From: a bacterium
GTDB lineage: Bacteria > UBA8248
Direction of reading: 5' to 3'
Length of the DNA stretch: 64,000 nt
NCBI GenBank assembly: GCA_965207065.1
Contig: OZ242260.1
Coordinates: 896,001-960,000, forward strand
This document shows positions 1 through 10,447 of the stretch, in pieces; positions within the stretch are counted from its first letter, which is position 1, and each line of letters starts with the position of its first letter. The notes below the pieces were generated by a model. The model was not told the origin of the DNA and made no database searches. It worked only from the letters and a program-made list of their open reading frames with translations. The position numbers and the translations under genes are program-made.

Positions 1-122
1 GCGATGCGCCCCGCCCTTGTTGGGGGGATGCGCACCGTCGGGCAGAGGGGGTTTTGCTTTTTCTTGCCCCCCTGACAAGGGGGGGTAGGGGGGGTTGGTT
101 TTACGGGGTTTCCCTCTCAAGG

Positions 123-305
123 GGCTGTTGAAAAAGCCTTGGGAAACGATTTTGGTTGCGCGCTCGCTTTTGAATTTCACTCCCCCCTTGAGGGGGAGTG
201 ATTCCCTTTTTCTCGTTGGTCGAGAATTTTACTCCTTGGGGGAGTGGTTCTTGCACTTTCATCGATCGCGCCGAACCCTCGTTCATCAGGACTTTTTCAA
301 CACCC
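123..305. mobile_element. MITE-like element with terminal inverted repeats and internal hairpins
   Basis: Left end GGCTGTTGAAAAAGCC is nearly the reverse complement of right end GACTTTTTCAACACCC. Internal hairpin CACTCCCCCCTTGAGGGGGAGTG. No credible ORF. A similar end motif (GTTGTTGAAAAAGCC) occurs near 60827. Confidence 0.55.
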
Positions 306-402
306 ATCCGGATCGGGCTTCCATGACACTCCGAGCACAATGAATTACAATTCGTCCACACATCGAACCCAGCCAACAGAGACTTGATACTTCGGGGAGG
401 AA

Positions 403-1797
403 ATGAAAATGCCTCAGACAGCCGATTATCTTGTAAGCGGGGGAACCGTCATCACGGTGGACGAGGAGCGCCGCATTATCCGGGACGGCGCCGTCGCCAT
501 TCGGGGAGACCGGATCGCCGCCGTCGGAAAGGCGGAGGAGTTGAACCGGGAATTCACCGCCGGGCGCACGATTGACGCGAAGGGCAAGCTCATCATGCCC
601 GGCTTCGTGAATTCCCACATGCATTTCTACCACACCATGCACCGGGGGCTGGCTCCGGAGAACCTCGGCGGCATGCTGTGGTCCGACTACGTACACAGGT
701 ACATCGCCACGGTCCTCACGCCCGAGGACGAGATATACGGCGCGCTGACGATACTCCTGGAAACCCTCAAGGCGGGCACCACCACCTTTCTGGAGGCGGG
801 CTCCTACAACCCGGCGGCGGTGATCGAGGGAATCTCGCGCATCGGCATGCGCGGACTGATGGGCAGGCGGTCCTTCGACCAGGAGTTTCTGGGGCACGGC
901 ATGCTCCTGGAAGATACCGACACCTGCCTGAAGGAAAATCTCGCCTTCCTGGAAAAGTACAGGGACGGCTACAACGGCGGGTTGATCAAGGCGTGCGTGG
1001 ACGTCGTCGGGCTCGGCCGCTGTTCGGACAGGCTCTATATCGATTCGAAAAAGATGGCCGACGATTACGGGACCACCCTGAACCTGCACCTCGCGGCCAT
1101 GTTCGAGGAAGTGACGGCCACGCGCATGCTCAGTGGTCACCGTCCCGTCGAGCACATGTATCATCTGGACGTGCTCGGGCCGAATACGGTTCTCGTCCAC
1201 ATGGTTCATGTGAACGAGCGGGAGATCGACATGCTGGCCGAAACAGACGCGCAGGTGATTCACTGCCCCTCGACGGCGCTCAAGATTTCCTACGGCAACG
1301 CGGCGTTCGGAAGGTTTCCGGAGATGCTGGCCAAAGGGGTCAACGTCGGAATCGGAAGCGACGCCTCGGACTGCTCGAACTACGCCGACATGATCCGCGT
1401 CATCTACCTCGCCGGCGTGCTGCCCAAGGACTACCGCTACGACCCCGACGCCGGCTCCGCGGAGACGGCCATTGAAATGGCCACCATCAACGGAGCGCGC
1501 GCCATCGGAATGGACCATGAAATCGGCTCGCTCGAGACCGGTAAAAAGGCGGATGTGATCGTCATCACCATGAAGCGGCCCGAGTGGTACCCGCTCTACA
1601 GCGAGGTGCAGAACCTCGTGTATTCCGCTTCGGGCGATTCGGTGGAGACGGTGTTCATCGACGGGAAGATCGTCATGGAAGACCGCGAGGTGAAGACGGT
1701 GAATGAGGAGGAGATACTGGAAAGGTGCCAGGAATGCGCGGTCGGCATCCTCAAGCGAAGCGGCGTGGAAGTGCCGGGGAAGTGGCCCATCCTGTAG
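403..1797 (+). CDS. Amidohydrolase family protein (MtaD/SsnA/Atz-like deaminase)
   Basis: PGFVNSHMH metal motif, HLA, HMVH, HCPST, GIGSD and GSLETGKKAD motifs; RBS GGAGG. Confidence 0.9.
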   Translation: MKMPQTADYLVSGGTVITVDEERRIIRDGAVAIRGDRIAAVGKAEELNREFTAGRTIDAKGKLIMPGFVNSHMHFYHTMHRGLAPENLGGMLWSDYVHRYIATVLTPEDEIYGALTILLETLKAGTTTFLEAGSYNPAAVIEGISRIGMRGLMGRRSFDQEFLGHGMLLEDTDTCLKENLAFLEKYRDGYNGGLIKACVDVVGLGRCSDRLYIDSKKMADDYGTTLNLHLAAMFEEVTATRMLSGHRPVEHMYHLDVLGPNTVLVHMVHVNEREIDMLAETDAQVIHCPSTALKISYGNAAFGRFPEMLAKGVNVGIGSDASDCSNYADMIRVIYLAGVLPKDYRYDPDAGSAETAIEMATINGARAIGMDHEIGSLETGKKADVIVITMKRPEWYPLYSEVQNLVYSASGDSVETVFIDGKIVMEDREVKTVNEEEILERCQECAVGILKRSGVEVPGKWPIL

Positions 1798-2249
1798 CAA
1801 CACCGTTCGGTCCGGGGAGAAGCATCGGGAGCGGACCACGAAGCCGCCGGTCAATTTCCGGACGGCCCGCTCACCGAAGGAGAGGCGGCGATTCGCAAGC
1901 GGCCGACGCGCCTACTCAGAATGAGATGAAACCCGACCGGGGAGGGAGGGTTTGACGGCGCATGCGCCTCCTCGAATCCGGAGAGAGGATGGGCAAGAAT
2001 CGCGACGTGTGATGAAGCGCATTGCCACAAATCGAATTTCCGAAAAATTCGATTAATTATTACAATAAACCCGATGACCACGCAATAGTACGATTGACTC
2101 CGTTTGTCTACAATAAATGATTGTTTATAATACCATATTTCTGTTATTTTCCTTCTCGACCCCCTTGCGCTTTCGTCACACGTATGCTCTGATACCCTCC
2201 GGTATGAAGCCGATCGTATGCGTTTTGATTACATATTATTGGAGGCGGG

Positions 2250-3428
2250 ATGCCGAAGCGAAGCGATTTGAAACTCACCAAGCGCACCGTCGACGCGCTC
2301 GAGACCGGCGGGAAGGACGCGGTCTTCTGGGACCGGGAGCTGGCGGGCTTGGGTGTGCGCGTCCACACCACGGGAAGGAAGACCTGGGTGGTGCAGTCCC
2401 GGGGACCCGGGGGTCCCAAACGCGTGACGCTCGGCCGCCACGGGGAACTGACCGTCGACGAGGCCAGGAAACAGGCCGCCCTCATTATCGACCGCATCAA
2501 GCGGGGCGAGGAGCCTTTAGCCGAAGCGCCGGGGGCGGAGCCCACCGTGGCGGGACTCGCCGAGCGCTTCATGCGCACCCACGTGGAGAAACATTTAAAG
2601 CCCGCCAGTGTTGCCGCGTACCGCACGGTGCTCGACAAACACATCCTGCCGGCCCTGGGCGGTATGGGACTGGACGAAGTCGGCGGGGCGGAAGTCACGG
2701 CGCTCCATCACAGGCTCAGGGACACGCCCGCCCGGGCCAACGCGGCCGTCCACCTGCTCTCGCGGATGTACACCCTTGCCGAGGCCTGGGACTTGGTCCC
2801 GCCCGGGCGGAACCCCTGCCTCTCGGTGCGCCGCTACAGGACGCGGGCGCGCGAGCGGTTCCTGACGCCGGCAGAATACCGGCGCCTGGGCCGTGCGCTC
2901 AGGCAAGCCGAGGCGGAGGACGGGATATGGCCTCCCGCTATCGCGGCCATCCGGCTGCTCGTCCTGACCGGATGCCGCAGGGGCGAGATACTGAGCCTCG
3001 GGTGGGACGACGTGGACCGCACGGCGGGGGATCTGCGCTTGAGGGACGCCAAGGCGGGTCCCCGGATGGTTCCCCTGACGAGGCCGGTGCTCGGGATACT
3101 GGACGCCATTCCCCGTTCCGGGGAGAACCTCTGGGTAATTGCAGGACAAAGACCGGGAAAACGCCTGACGGGCCTGCACCACTACTGGCGGCCTATCCGG
3201 GAGCGGGCGGGGCTGGCAGACGTAAGGCTTCACGACCTCAGGCATTCCTACGCGTCGAGGGCGCTGGCGCTGGGCGAGAATTTATACACGATAGGCAAGC
3301 TGCTCGGCCACACGAGCGTGGCGACGAGCGCGCGCTACGCACACCTGATGCGAGACGCCGAGAGGGAGGCGGCGGTACGGGTGGGCGGGAGTATCGGGAT
3401 TCACATCACCAACGGGAGGGCCGGGTGA
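2250..3428 (+). CDS. Tyrosine recombinase/integrase with N-terminal arm-binding domain (copy 1)
   Basis: N-terminal FWDRELAGLGVRV arm domain; catalytic TGCRRGE...HDLRHSY...LLGH...RY; RBS GGAGG. Confidence 0.93.
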   Translation: MPKRSDLKLTKRTVDALETGGKDAVFWDRELAGLGVRVHTTGRKTWVVQSRGPGGPKRVTLGRHGELTVDEARKQAALIIDRIKRGEEPLAEAPGAEPTVAGLAERFMRTHVEKHLKPASVAAYRTVLDKHILPALGGMGLDEVGGAEVTALHHRLRDTPARANAAVHLLSRMYTLAEAWDLVPPGRNPCLSVRRYRTRARERFLTPAEYRRLGRALRQAEAEDGIWPPAIAAIRLLVLTGCRRGEILSLGWDDVDRTAGDLRLRDAKAGPRMVPLTRPVLGILDAIPRSGENLWVIAGQRPGKRLTGLHHYWRPIRERAGLADVRLHDLRHSYASRALALGENLYTIGKLLGHTSVATSARYAHLMRDAEREAAVRVGGSIGIHITNGRAG

Positions 3429-3430
3429 AG

Positions 3431-4600
3431 ATGGCGAAGACGAAATACGGGACGCTTTCCAACCGCGCGGTCGGGAAGCTCGAAGTGGAGAAGGACACCG
3501 TCTTCTGGGATAAGGAGCTCACCGGCTTCGGCGTGCGGGTCTATCCCACCGGCTCAAAAGTCTACATCGCGCAGGCGCGGGGTCCTGGAGGACCCAAGAG
3601 GGTGGCGGTGGGCCGCCACGGGGTGATCAACGCCGATGAGGCGAGGAAACGCGCCGCCCGCATCATCGCGCGGATCAAGGCGGGCGAGGAGGCTGTTCCA
3701 GAGCCGCTTATACGCAAGGCAGGCCCCACGGTGAATGAGGTGTGCGCGCGCTACCTCGCCGAATACGTCGCAGTACGCTGCAAGCCGGCCACCGCCGCGC
3801 TCTACCGCTCGGTGATCAACCGCCACGTCCTGCCGGCCCTGGGCAGGGCGCCGATCGCTGCGCTCTCGCGCGCGCAGGTGGCGGAACTCCACGAGAGCCT
3901 GTACGAGACGCCCGCGGTGGCGAACATGGCGCTCCGCACCCTCTCCTCGATGTACCGCCTGGCCGTGGGCTGGGGAATGGTTCCCGAGGGAACCTCGAAC
4001 CCCTGCAAGGCCCTGGTGAAATACCCCGAGCGCAGGCGCGAGCGGTTCTTGACGGATTCTGAGTTCACCCGCCTGGGACACGCGCTCGAGGAGACGGAGG
4101 CTGCGGGCGACGCCTCCGCGTCCGCGGTGGCGGCTATCCGGCTCCTGGCGCTGACCGGGTGCCGCAGGAGCGAGGTCCTCAAGCTGCGCCGCGAAGACGT
4201 GGCGCTCGAAGCGTGCGAGCTCAGGCTGCCCGATTCCAAGACGGGCGCGCGGGCGATCCCGCTGCCGCCGGAGGCGGTCGAGCTTCTCGCGGGTCTCCTT
4301 GGCGCCCACGACGGCCCCTGGGTCATTCCGGGCGGGAAGCCTGGGACGCACCTCGGGAACATCGACGAGGCCTGGCGGGCGATCAGGGAGTGCGCGGGCC
4401 TCGGGGACGTGCGGCTGCACGACCTGCGCCACTCCTGGGCCTCGCGGGCCCTCGCGCTCGGCGAGACGCTCCCCGTCATCGGGAAGCTCCTGGGCCACAG
4501 CAAGATGGAAACCACGGCGCGCTACGCGCACCTCGCGCGCGACTCGGCGCAGGAGGCGGCCGAGCGGGTCGCCGAGAACATCGCCGGGGACGTCCTGTAG
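3431..4600 (+). CDS. Tyrosine recombinase/integrase with arm-binding domain (copy 2)
   Basis: True start MAKTKYG at 3431 inside the 2117-4600 ORF. FWDKELTGFGVRV; TGCRRSE...HDLRHSW...LLGH...RY. Confidence 0.92.
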   Translation: MAKTKYGTLSNRAVGKLEVEKDTVFWDKELTGFGVRVYPTGSKVYIAQARGPGGPKRVAVGRHGVINADEARKRAARIIARIKAGEEAVPEPLIRKAGPTVNEVCARYLAEYVAVRCKPATAALYRSVINRHVLPALGRAPIAALSRAQVAELHESLYETPAVANMALRTLSSMYRLAVGWGMVPEGTSNPCKALVKYPERRRERFLTDSEFTRLGHALEETEAAGDASASAVAAIRLLALTGCRRSEVLKLRREDVALEACELRLPDSKTGARAIPLPPEAVELLAGLLGAHDGPWVIPGGKPGTHLGNIDEAWRAIRECAGLGDVRLHDLRHSWASRALALGETLPVIGKLLGHSKMETTARYAHLARDSAQEAAERVAENIAGDVL

Positions 4601-4732
4601 GGCCGCAGCAGGCGCGCGCCAGCCAGGTGGTTGCCCGCGCTCGGGGCCGGTGATAAGTTTCATTCCATTCAACAGGTTATACGAATCATTCATCGCATAT
4701 CCTTCATCCGGACGATGCGCGGGAGGAGTCCC

Positions 4733-5026
4733 TTGACGAAGATGGACATCATCAACCTCTTGTCCGACGACACGGGCCTCGACAAGGTCAAGGCCGAAGA
4801 AGCCATCGATGCGGTCATCGACGCCGTCAAGGAAACTCTCGCGAGGGGCGAGTCCGTCATATTGAGGCGCTTCGGCTCCTTTAGTGTGAGGGAGAAGAAC
4901 GCCCGGGTGGGGCGCAACCCGAAGACGGGCCTCGAAGCGCCCATCAGCGCCCGCAGGGTCGTAAGGTTCAAGGCGGGAAAACACTTCAAGGATGTGGTGA
5001 ACGGGGCCGAGGTGACATTTTATTGA
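4733..5026 (+). CDS. HU/IHF family DNA-binding protein
   Basis: TKMDII...FGSFSVREKNARVGRNPKTG...VVRFKAGK signature; TTG start after GGAGG. Confidence 0.9.
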   Translation: MTKMDIINLLSDDTGLDKVKAEEAIDAVIDAVKETLARGESVILRRFGSFSVREKNARVGRNPKTGLEAPISARRVVRFKAGKHFKDVVNGAEVTFY

Positions 5027-5056
5027 TTCGCAGGTTTCCGGCCGGCCGGGGCAGAC

Positions 5057-5176
5057 GTGCTGAGCCTGGCGCTGGTGATCGACGCGATGGACCTGATGCA
5101 CAAGGGCCGGCTCGACGGCTTCTGCCTCGTCTCGAGCGACAGCAACTTCACGCGCCTCGCGCAGCGCGTGCAACAG
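5057..5176 (+). pseudogene. Internal fragment of an NYN/LabA (DUF88) domain gene
   Basis: LALVIDAMDLMHKGRLDGFCLVSSDSNFTRLAQR resembles the NYN core motif; the flanking parts are missing. Confidence 0.65.
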
Positions 5177-5228
5177 GTTCCTCTACCTGGAGAGCCTGGG
5201 TTCCGGGCGCAACTCCCGTGCGATTTTC

Positions 5229-6696
5229 CTACAGTTCCATCCCTCGATCCGATCGTGTCCTCTCCATCACCGGCGTCCGCCGCTCGATTGCCTGCGTCGC
5301 CTCGTTCGGCTTCTCCGCCCCGATGCTCTTTGCCTTTTCCCCTCCTATCGCCTCGAGCGCCGCGATACGCTCCCCCGTCGCGGCCTCAAGCCGCTCGCAC
5401 AGCGCTCTTGCATCGTCCGTCACGAGTTCCGCCCGGTCCCGGGCGCGGCTGATCTCGACGTAGAGCGTCTTCTGGTTGGTGAGGTCGGGGTGGTTGGCCT
5501 CCATGGCGGCGATCACGGTATCGACCGTCCGGCCCTGGAAGGCGTGGACGGTCGAGGCCCAGGCGCGGTCGACGTGGCGAAGCTGGGGGTCGCCGCGGGT
5601 CATGCCGATCGTGCGCCCGTCCTCGACCCGGAAGGTGACGCGGCCGTTCATGACGCGCGTCACCTCGGCGGCCTGGCTGTTGACCAGGCCGCGGTCCTTG
5701 TCGTTCCGGGTCCAGCGGACCTTGTCGCCAATGCGCAGCTCCATGCGTTCGACCTTGTAGACCTCGACCCCGCCGCTTCTCGCCGCGAGACGGCGGGGCT
5801 CCCAGCGGACTTCCCCTCCACCCCTGCCTTGCAGAATGACCGCGCCGCCCTTGTGATCGACACCCGTAACGCGCAGTTCGTCCCCCTTCTCGACACCCAG
5901 GCGCTTGTAGGGGCGGTGGAAGGCGACGACGTCGCCGGGTGAATAGTTCGCGGCGAGCGATTTCTCGGGGTTGGTGTAGCCGCGCGAGACGAGGCGATTC
6001 GTGAGGAAGGCCGGGCCGCAGACGACGCCCTCCCGGACCAGGCGCTCGCGTACGATGGCGTTTATCTTCTCGCGGATCTTGTGGCTCGGCGCCATGAGCC
6101 CGGCGTTTGCGCGCGCCTCGGGCGGGAGCGCCAGCCATCGCGCGGCCGCGGCGCCCGCAAGGTTGTCGGCTTTCACTTCGGCCACGTTGGAACCCAGTTT
6201 CTCGAAGGCGCGCCTGACGTCGCCCGCGAGGGTGGCCTCGACAGCGGCTTTGAGATCGGGATCCCGCTGTCGCATGATCTCGTTCATGGTCGCCGTCTTC
6301 ATGCCGGCTCGTTGCAATTGCGCGAAGGGTTTGCCGGCGTCGACGGCGCCTAACTGTTTCGCGTCGCCCACCAGCACGACCCGGGGCAGGCGCAGGACCT
6401 CCGAGATGCGGAGCAGTTCGCGCACCTCGCGCGTGGAGGCGAGTGAGCCCTCGTCCACGACGAGGGCGGTCTTCGCGTAGCCCGCGCGCAAGTGTCTTTG
6501 GGCTTTCCTCGTGAGACGGTTCTGAGCGACGTCTGCGTATCGCGTAAGAAAACGCTGGAGCGTCTCGCTCCCGATCCCCGCCTCGGCTTCGAGCGTCCGC
6601 GCGGCCGATGCCGAGGGCGCGAGGCCCCGGATTTCGTAGCCGCGTTTCTCGAAAAGCGCGCGGGCGCGCTTCAGCATCTTCGTCTTGCCTGTGCCC
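5229..6696 (-). pseudogene. MOBF relaxase-helicase (TrwC/TraI-like), 3' helicase part
   Basis: Begins AGTGKTKML directly after the RIT end. VVDEGSL, LVGDAKQL, STVHAFQGRT and YVEISRAR SF1B helicase motifs. Confidence 0.9.
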
Positions 6697-6787
6697 GCAT
6701 TAATGCCGAGAAGTGGATAATGCCGAGTGATCTGCTAAATACGGCTTGTTTACAGGGTTTTTCGGCACATTCACTCGGCATTATATC
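6697..6787. repeat. RIT terminal inverted repeat (left)
   Basis: GCATTAATGCCGAGAAGTGGATAATGCCGAG...CTCGGCATTATATC is the reverse complement of 10329-10419. Contains TAATGCCG-N9-TAATGCCG and an inverted third copy. Confidence 0.93.
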
Positions 6788-6793
6788 TGGAGA

Positions 6794-7786
6794 TCACTTG
6801 CCACCGAGAAGTTCCGTCAAGCTGTCCCTGACACCGGGGAAGGTCCCCGGTCTAATGGACGGCGGCGTGCGGGTCTCCAGGATGCGCAGCTTTTCGGCCG
6901 GGCTCGCACGGACGTACATCTCGGTGGTCTTGAGGTGCGCATGACCGAGCCACAGGGAGACCTTTCGGATGTCGCCGGTGGCATGCAGGATCGCCATGGC
7001 CGCGGAATGACGCAGCACATGCGGGGTCACTCTCTTGGTCTTGATCGACGCGACGGTCTTGGCGGCCGTGGTGACATGCTTGTCGAGCAGGTATGCGAAG
7101 CCGTCCGTGCTCATCGCCCGTCCCCGTGCATTGAGGAACATGTATCGGTTGGTGACCGACGGCCTGGCGTCGAGCCACTGATTGAGGACGGTCCTCGTTT
7201 CCTTCCACATGGGCAGTTCCCGTTCGCGTCGTCCCTTGCCCAGGATGCGGATGGTCCCGAGTCGGGGGCCGGACACGCTGTCGAGCGTGAGCGTTGTCAG
7301 TTCCGACACCCTCAACCCGGCGGCATAGCACAGATGCAGCATCGCCCGGTCTCGCAGACCTGCCATCGTTCCAGTATCCGGGGCATCCAGGATCGCTTGC
7401 ATTTCGGTCCGATCGAGCCAGTCGATCAGCGGCTTGTCGGTGGTCTTTTGCGGTATGGCGCGTACCTGCAACGCGAGGTCGAGGCAGCTCGGCACACGGT
7501 ATTCCAGATAACGGAAGAACGACTTGATGGCGGCAAGGCGGACATTGCGTGTGCCCACACTGTTGTTGCGGTCCTTCTCCAGGGACTCGAGGAAGGCCGA
7601 CAGCAACGCCACCGTGAAGTGCTCGATCTTGAGCTTGCAGGGACGGGTCCGGATCCGTTGCGCCGTGTAGGCCACGAGCAGCCGGAAGCACTCGGTGTAG
7701 CCCTGCAAGGTGTGGCGGCTGCATTGCCGTACGTTGGGAAGGTACTCCCGCAGGAAGGCGGAGAGATGGGGGGCAAGATCGGTCAT
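6794..7786 (-). CDS. RIT tyrosine recombinase C
   Basis: AAGLRVSE, ILGKGRRER, TPHVLRHS, WLGH, TEMY. Confidence 0.92.
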   Translation of the reverse strand: MTDLAPHLSAFLREYLPNVRQCSRHTLQGYTECFRLLVAYTAQRIRTRPCKLKIEHFTVALLSAFLESLEKDRNNSVGTRNVRLAAIKSFFRYLEYRVPSCLDLALQVRAIPQKTTDKPLIDWLDRTEMQAILDAPDTGTMAGLRDRAMLHLCYAAGLRVSELTTLTLDSVSGPRLGTIRILGKGRRERELPMWKETRTVLNQWLDARPSVTNRYMFLNARGRAMSTDGFAYLLDKHVTTAAKTVASIKTKRVTPHVLRHSAAMAILHATGDIRKVSLWLGHAHLKTTEMYVRASPAEKLRILETRTPPSIRPGTFPGVRDSLTELLGGK

Positions 7787-8712
7787 CGGGCGCCTCCATT
7801 GGTGTGAGCCTGTTCCACCGCCTCGGCGATGCCGTGCAGCAGAACCGGGGTCGCCTCCAGATACCAGTAGGTACTGGTGACATGGACGTGGCCGAGATAG
7901 GTGGCCAGAGCCAGCATGTGCCGGCCCGCTCCGGCGCCGGGAGGCAGCATCTCCAGTGACCGGACGGCGAAGGAGTGTCGCAGCGAGTGCAGGGTCGGCC
8001 CCCGCCCCGCGCCAGGTCTGCGCAGGCCCGCTTGTTCGGCGAGTTTGCGGAAGACACCGCGCACATGGCTTTTGTCTGGACTTCGGCCGGTTGCGATCAC
8101 GAACAGGTGCCGGTCCGGCGTTGTCTCCCTGAGCCGTGCCTCAAGGTAGAGTTCGAGCGCTTCCCAGGTGGTCGGGTGCAGCGCGACCATCCTCGTCTTG
8201 CCGAACTTCGTATCCCGGATGACCAAGCCGTCAGGGGTGATGTCATCCAGCGTCAATGCAAGGGCTTCGCCGATGCGCAGGCCGGTCGCTGCAATGAGAC
8301 CGAACAGGCAGTGCCAGGTCAGCGGGGCGATGGTTTCGGCGGGTCCCACCGACAGGGCCGCGGTCAGCAGTTTGCCGATGTCCGGGACCGATATCAGGTA
8401 CGGCTTCGGCCTCCGCCGCGTCGAACGCCCCAGCGCATCACGAGGCGGCACCTCGTGGCGATCGTCCTCCGCGTGCAGCCAGAGGGCAAGGTCATGGAGC
8501 ACACGGAGCTTTTTGACTTGCACTTGCGCTGATGCCGCCTTCGATGCCGAGGCCCACTCAAGAGCGGTCCCGGAGCAGATGCGGGTCTCGTTGCGAGCCT
8601 CGGCGAACCGCGCAAAGCTGCGCAGCATCCGTTCGTTCTGTGTAAACCGGTAACCGAGCGACCGCTTGATCGCGACAAAGCGCGCGACATGATCGGTGAT
8701 CGTTGTGCTCAT
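7783..8712 (-). CDS. RIT tyrosine recombinase B
   Basis: ATGLRIGE, DTKFGKTR, HSLRHSFAV, YLGHVHVTSTYWYL. Confidence 0.92.
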   Translation of the reverse strand: MSTTITDHVARFVAIKRSLGYRFTQNERMLRSFARFAEARNETRICSGTALEWASASKAASAQVQVKKLRVLHDLALWLHAEDDRHEVPPRDALGRSTRRRPKPYLISVPDIGKLLTAALSVGPAETIAPLTWHCLFGLIAATGLRIGEALALTLDDITPDGLVIRDTKFGKTRMVALHPTTWEALELYLEARLRETTPDRHLFVIATGRSPDKSHVRGVFRKLAEQAGLRRPGAGRGPTLHSLRHSFAVRSLEMLPPGAGAGRHMLALATYLGHVHVTSTYWYLEATPVLLHGIAEAVEQAHTNGGAR

Positions 8713-10277
8713 TGGTCGCTCCTCCCCATCCAGGGCTGAGCGATCTCCTGCAACATGACCGCATCGGTCTTGGCGTAGATCATCGTCGTGTTCGGTGACC
8801 TGTGGCGCAGTAGCGACTGGATGACATCGAGCGTCGCGCCCGATCTGAGCAACGCCGTCGCCTGGCTATGGCGGAACACATGCGCACCGCGGCCGGCAAA
8901 GGTCTTGACCCCGGCGCGGTCGAGCGCGCGTTTCGCCAGAGAACTGACGATGCTTGAGTCGGCCAATGCTCGCCAGGGCGCTTGGGTGCAGAGGAACACC
9001 TTCTCCTCATCCACCCTCGGCCGCACCGTGGCGATATAGACATGGAGCGCATCGCCGGCATCCTGCGGCAACGGCAGAGCCGCCTCTCGGCGTGACTTCC
9101 CCGAGACACGGATCTCGGCCCGGTCCCAATCGATGTCGCCGAGGCGCAGGGCCACGATGTCTCCTGCCCGCAGGGCAAGCCGTGCCAGAAGCAGCAGGAT
9201 CGCCCGGTCGCGCACGCCCGTCCGGTCATCGCCGCAACTGGCGATGGCGCGTTCGACATCGTCGCACGTGATGTACCGTGGCAAGCTCGACAACTGCCCA
9301 CGAGGCGCTGACGGCACGGCCGCGATCAGCGCGGCCGGGATGCTGCCTTCCCAGGTCAGGAACCGCAGATACATGCGCATCGCGGTTGTCAGAGTCCGGG
9401 CGTAGCTCCGCGACCGCGGGCGCATCTTCTCAAGCAGCACCCGGCGGATCAGGGCCGCGTCACAGGCGCAGGGGTCGTCCCCAAGTTCAGGCATCATCTC
9501 GCCGATCAAACGCACATGTCGCCGTATTGTCCCCGCGCCGATGCCGCGATGGCGTTCAAGCCACACGGCGTACCTCTCAAGGCGAACGGGCGGCGCCTGC
9601 TCGACCGGGACCGGCTCCAGGGGATCGATCCGCCCGATCGAGACGAGGTGCTTCAGGAAGCCGCGCAGTTCGGTTGCGTAAGCTGTGCCGGGTCGCCTCT
9701 TCTCGTGGCCGCAAAACACCCCGGGGATCGAGCAGACGAACGACCGGTTCTCGAAGCGCGCATAGACCTGCGCGCTCAGATCGCACAGGCGGATGCGTGA
9801 GAGATGGAGCCAGACAATGAGACCGGTGCATCCTTTCCGGTACAACCTGAGGGTTGCAGCCGTGTAGCCATTGCCGCGCAAACCGGTGAGGAACGCGCCC
9901 AGCAGCCGCAGATTGTCGTCCAGCTCACCGGGTGTCTCGACATGCCCCGTCTGCTCGAGGAACCGGATGAACGCCATGAGCATGGGTGATGTGCGGCGCT
10001 TGCGCCAACGCCGCAGACGAACCGGCGCGCAAGATGCGCCGCAACGACAATCGTGCTGCAGAAAGCGCTCGATGATCGCGCCGTCCACCGTCTTGAGTTC
10101 GATACGGGTGAGTTCAAGCCAGACCAGGAAGTGAAGGGCGATGCGCCGGTACTTGCCAAACAGTGTCCCGGAAATCTCGGCGCGACTGCGGAGATCGTCA
10201 ACGAAGGCAAGGGTCAAATCGGTGAAGCCCGCCAGAGTGGCACTCGCCGGGGACGGGTTGCTGGATATTGCAGGCAT
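8709..10277 (-). CDS. RIT tyrosine recombinase A
   Basis: RLALRAGD, SGKSRR, HVFRHS, LLRH, TMIYAK; RBS AAGGAG. Confidence 0.92.
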   Translation of the reverse strand: MPAISSNPSPASATLAGFTDLTLAFVDDLRSRAEISGTLFGKYRRIALHFLVWLELTRIELKTVDGAIIERFLQHDCRCGASCAPVRLRRWRKRRTSPMLMAFIRFLEQTGHVETPGELDDNLRLLGAFLTGLRGNGYTAATLRLYRKGCTGLIVWLHLSRIRLCDLSAQVYARFENRSFVCSIPGVFCGHEKRRPGTAYATELRGFLKHLVSIGRIDPLEPVPVEQAPPVRLERYAVWLERHRGIGAGTIRRHVRLIGEMMPELGDDPCACDAALIRRVLLEKMRPRSRSYARTLTTAMRMYLRFLTWEGSIPAALIAAVPSAPRGQLSSLPRYITCDDVERAIASCGDDRTGVRDRAILLLLARLALRAGDIVALRLGDIDWDRAEIRVSGKSRREAALPLPQDAGDALHVYIATVRPRVDEEKVFLCTQAPWRALADSSIVSSLAKRALDRAGVKTFAGRGAHVFRHSQATALLRSGATLDVIQSLLRHRSPNTTMIYAKTDAVMLQEIAQPWMGRSDQ

Positions 10278-10328
10278 TGTCGTTCTCCTTTTTGAGTGAG
10301 AGAACGATAATGCCCGAAGTCACCTGCC

Positions 10329-10419
10329 GATATAATGCCGAGTGAATGTGCCGAAAAACCCTGTAAACAAGCCGTATTTAGCAGATCACTCGGCATTATC
10401 CACTTCTCGGCATTAATGC
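10329..10419. repeat. RIT terminal inverted repeat (right)
   Basis: Exact reverse complement of 6697-6787 by eye. Confidence 0.93.
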
Positions 10420-10447
10420 CGTTATGCCGAGCTCGGCATAACGGCAT
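10416..10447. repeat. 32-bp perfect palindrome abutting the RIT end
   Basis: ATGCCGTTATGCCGAG|CTCGGCATAACGGCAT. Confidence 0.9.

Larger units (their letters stand above)
6697..10419 (-). mobile_element. RIT element (recombinases in trio)
   Basis: Three overlapping co-oriented tyrosine recombinase genes bounded by 91-bp perfect inverted repeats; interrupts the relaxase gene. Confidence 0.92.

Noticed and set aside
1800-2250. tRNA or long direct repeat marking attL
   Set aside because: No cloverleaf and no long repeat shared with 43.4-43.8 kb was visible by eye.
2117-4600. 827-aa ORF
   Set aside because: Its N-terminal half is an alternative frame of integrase 1; the real gene starts at 3431.
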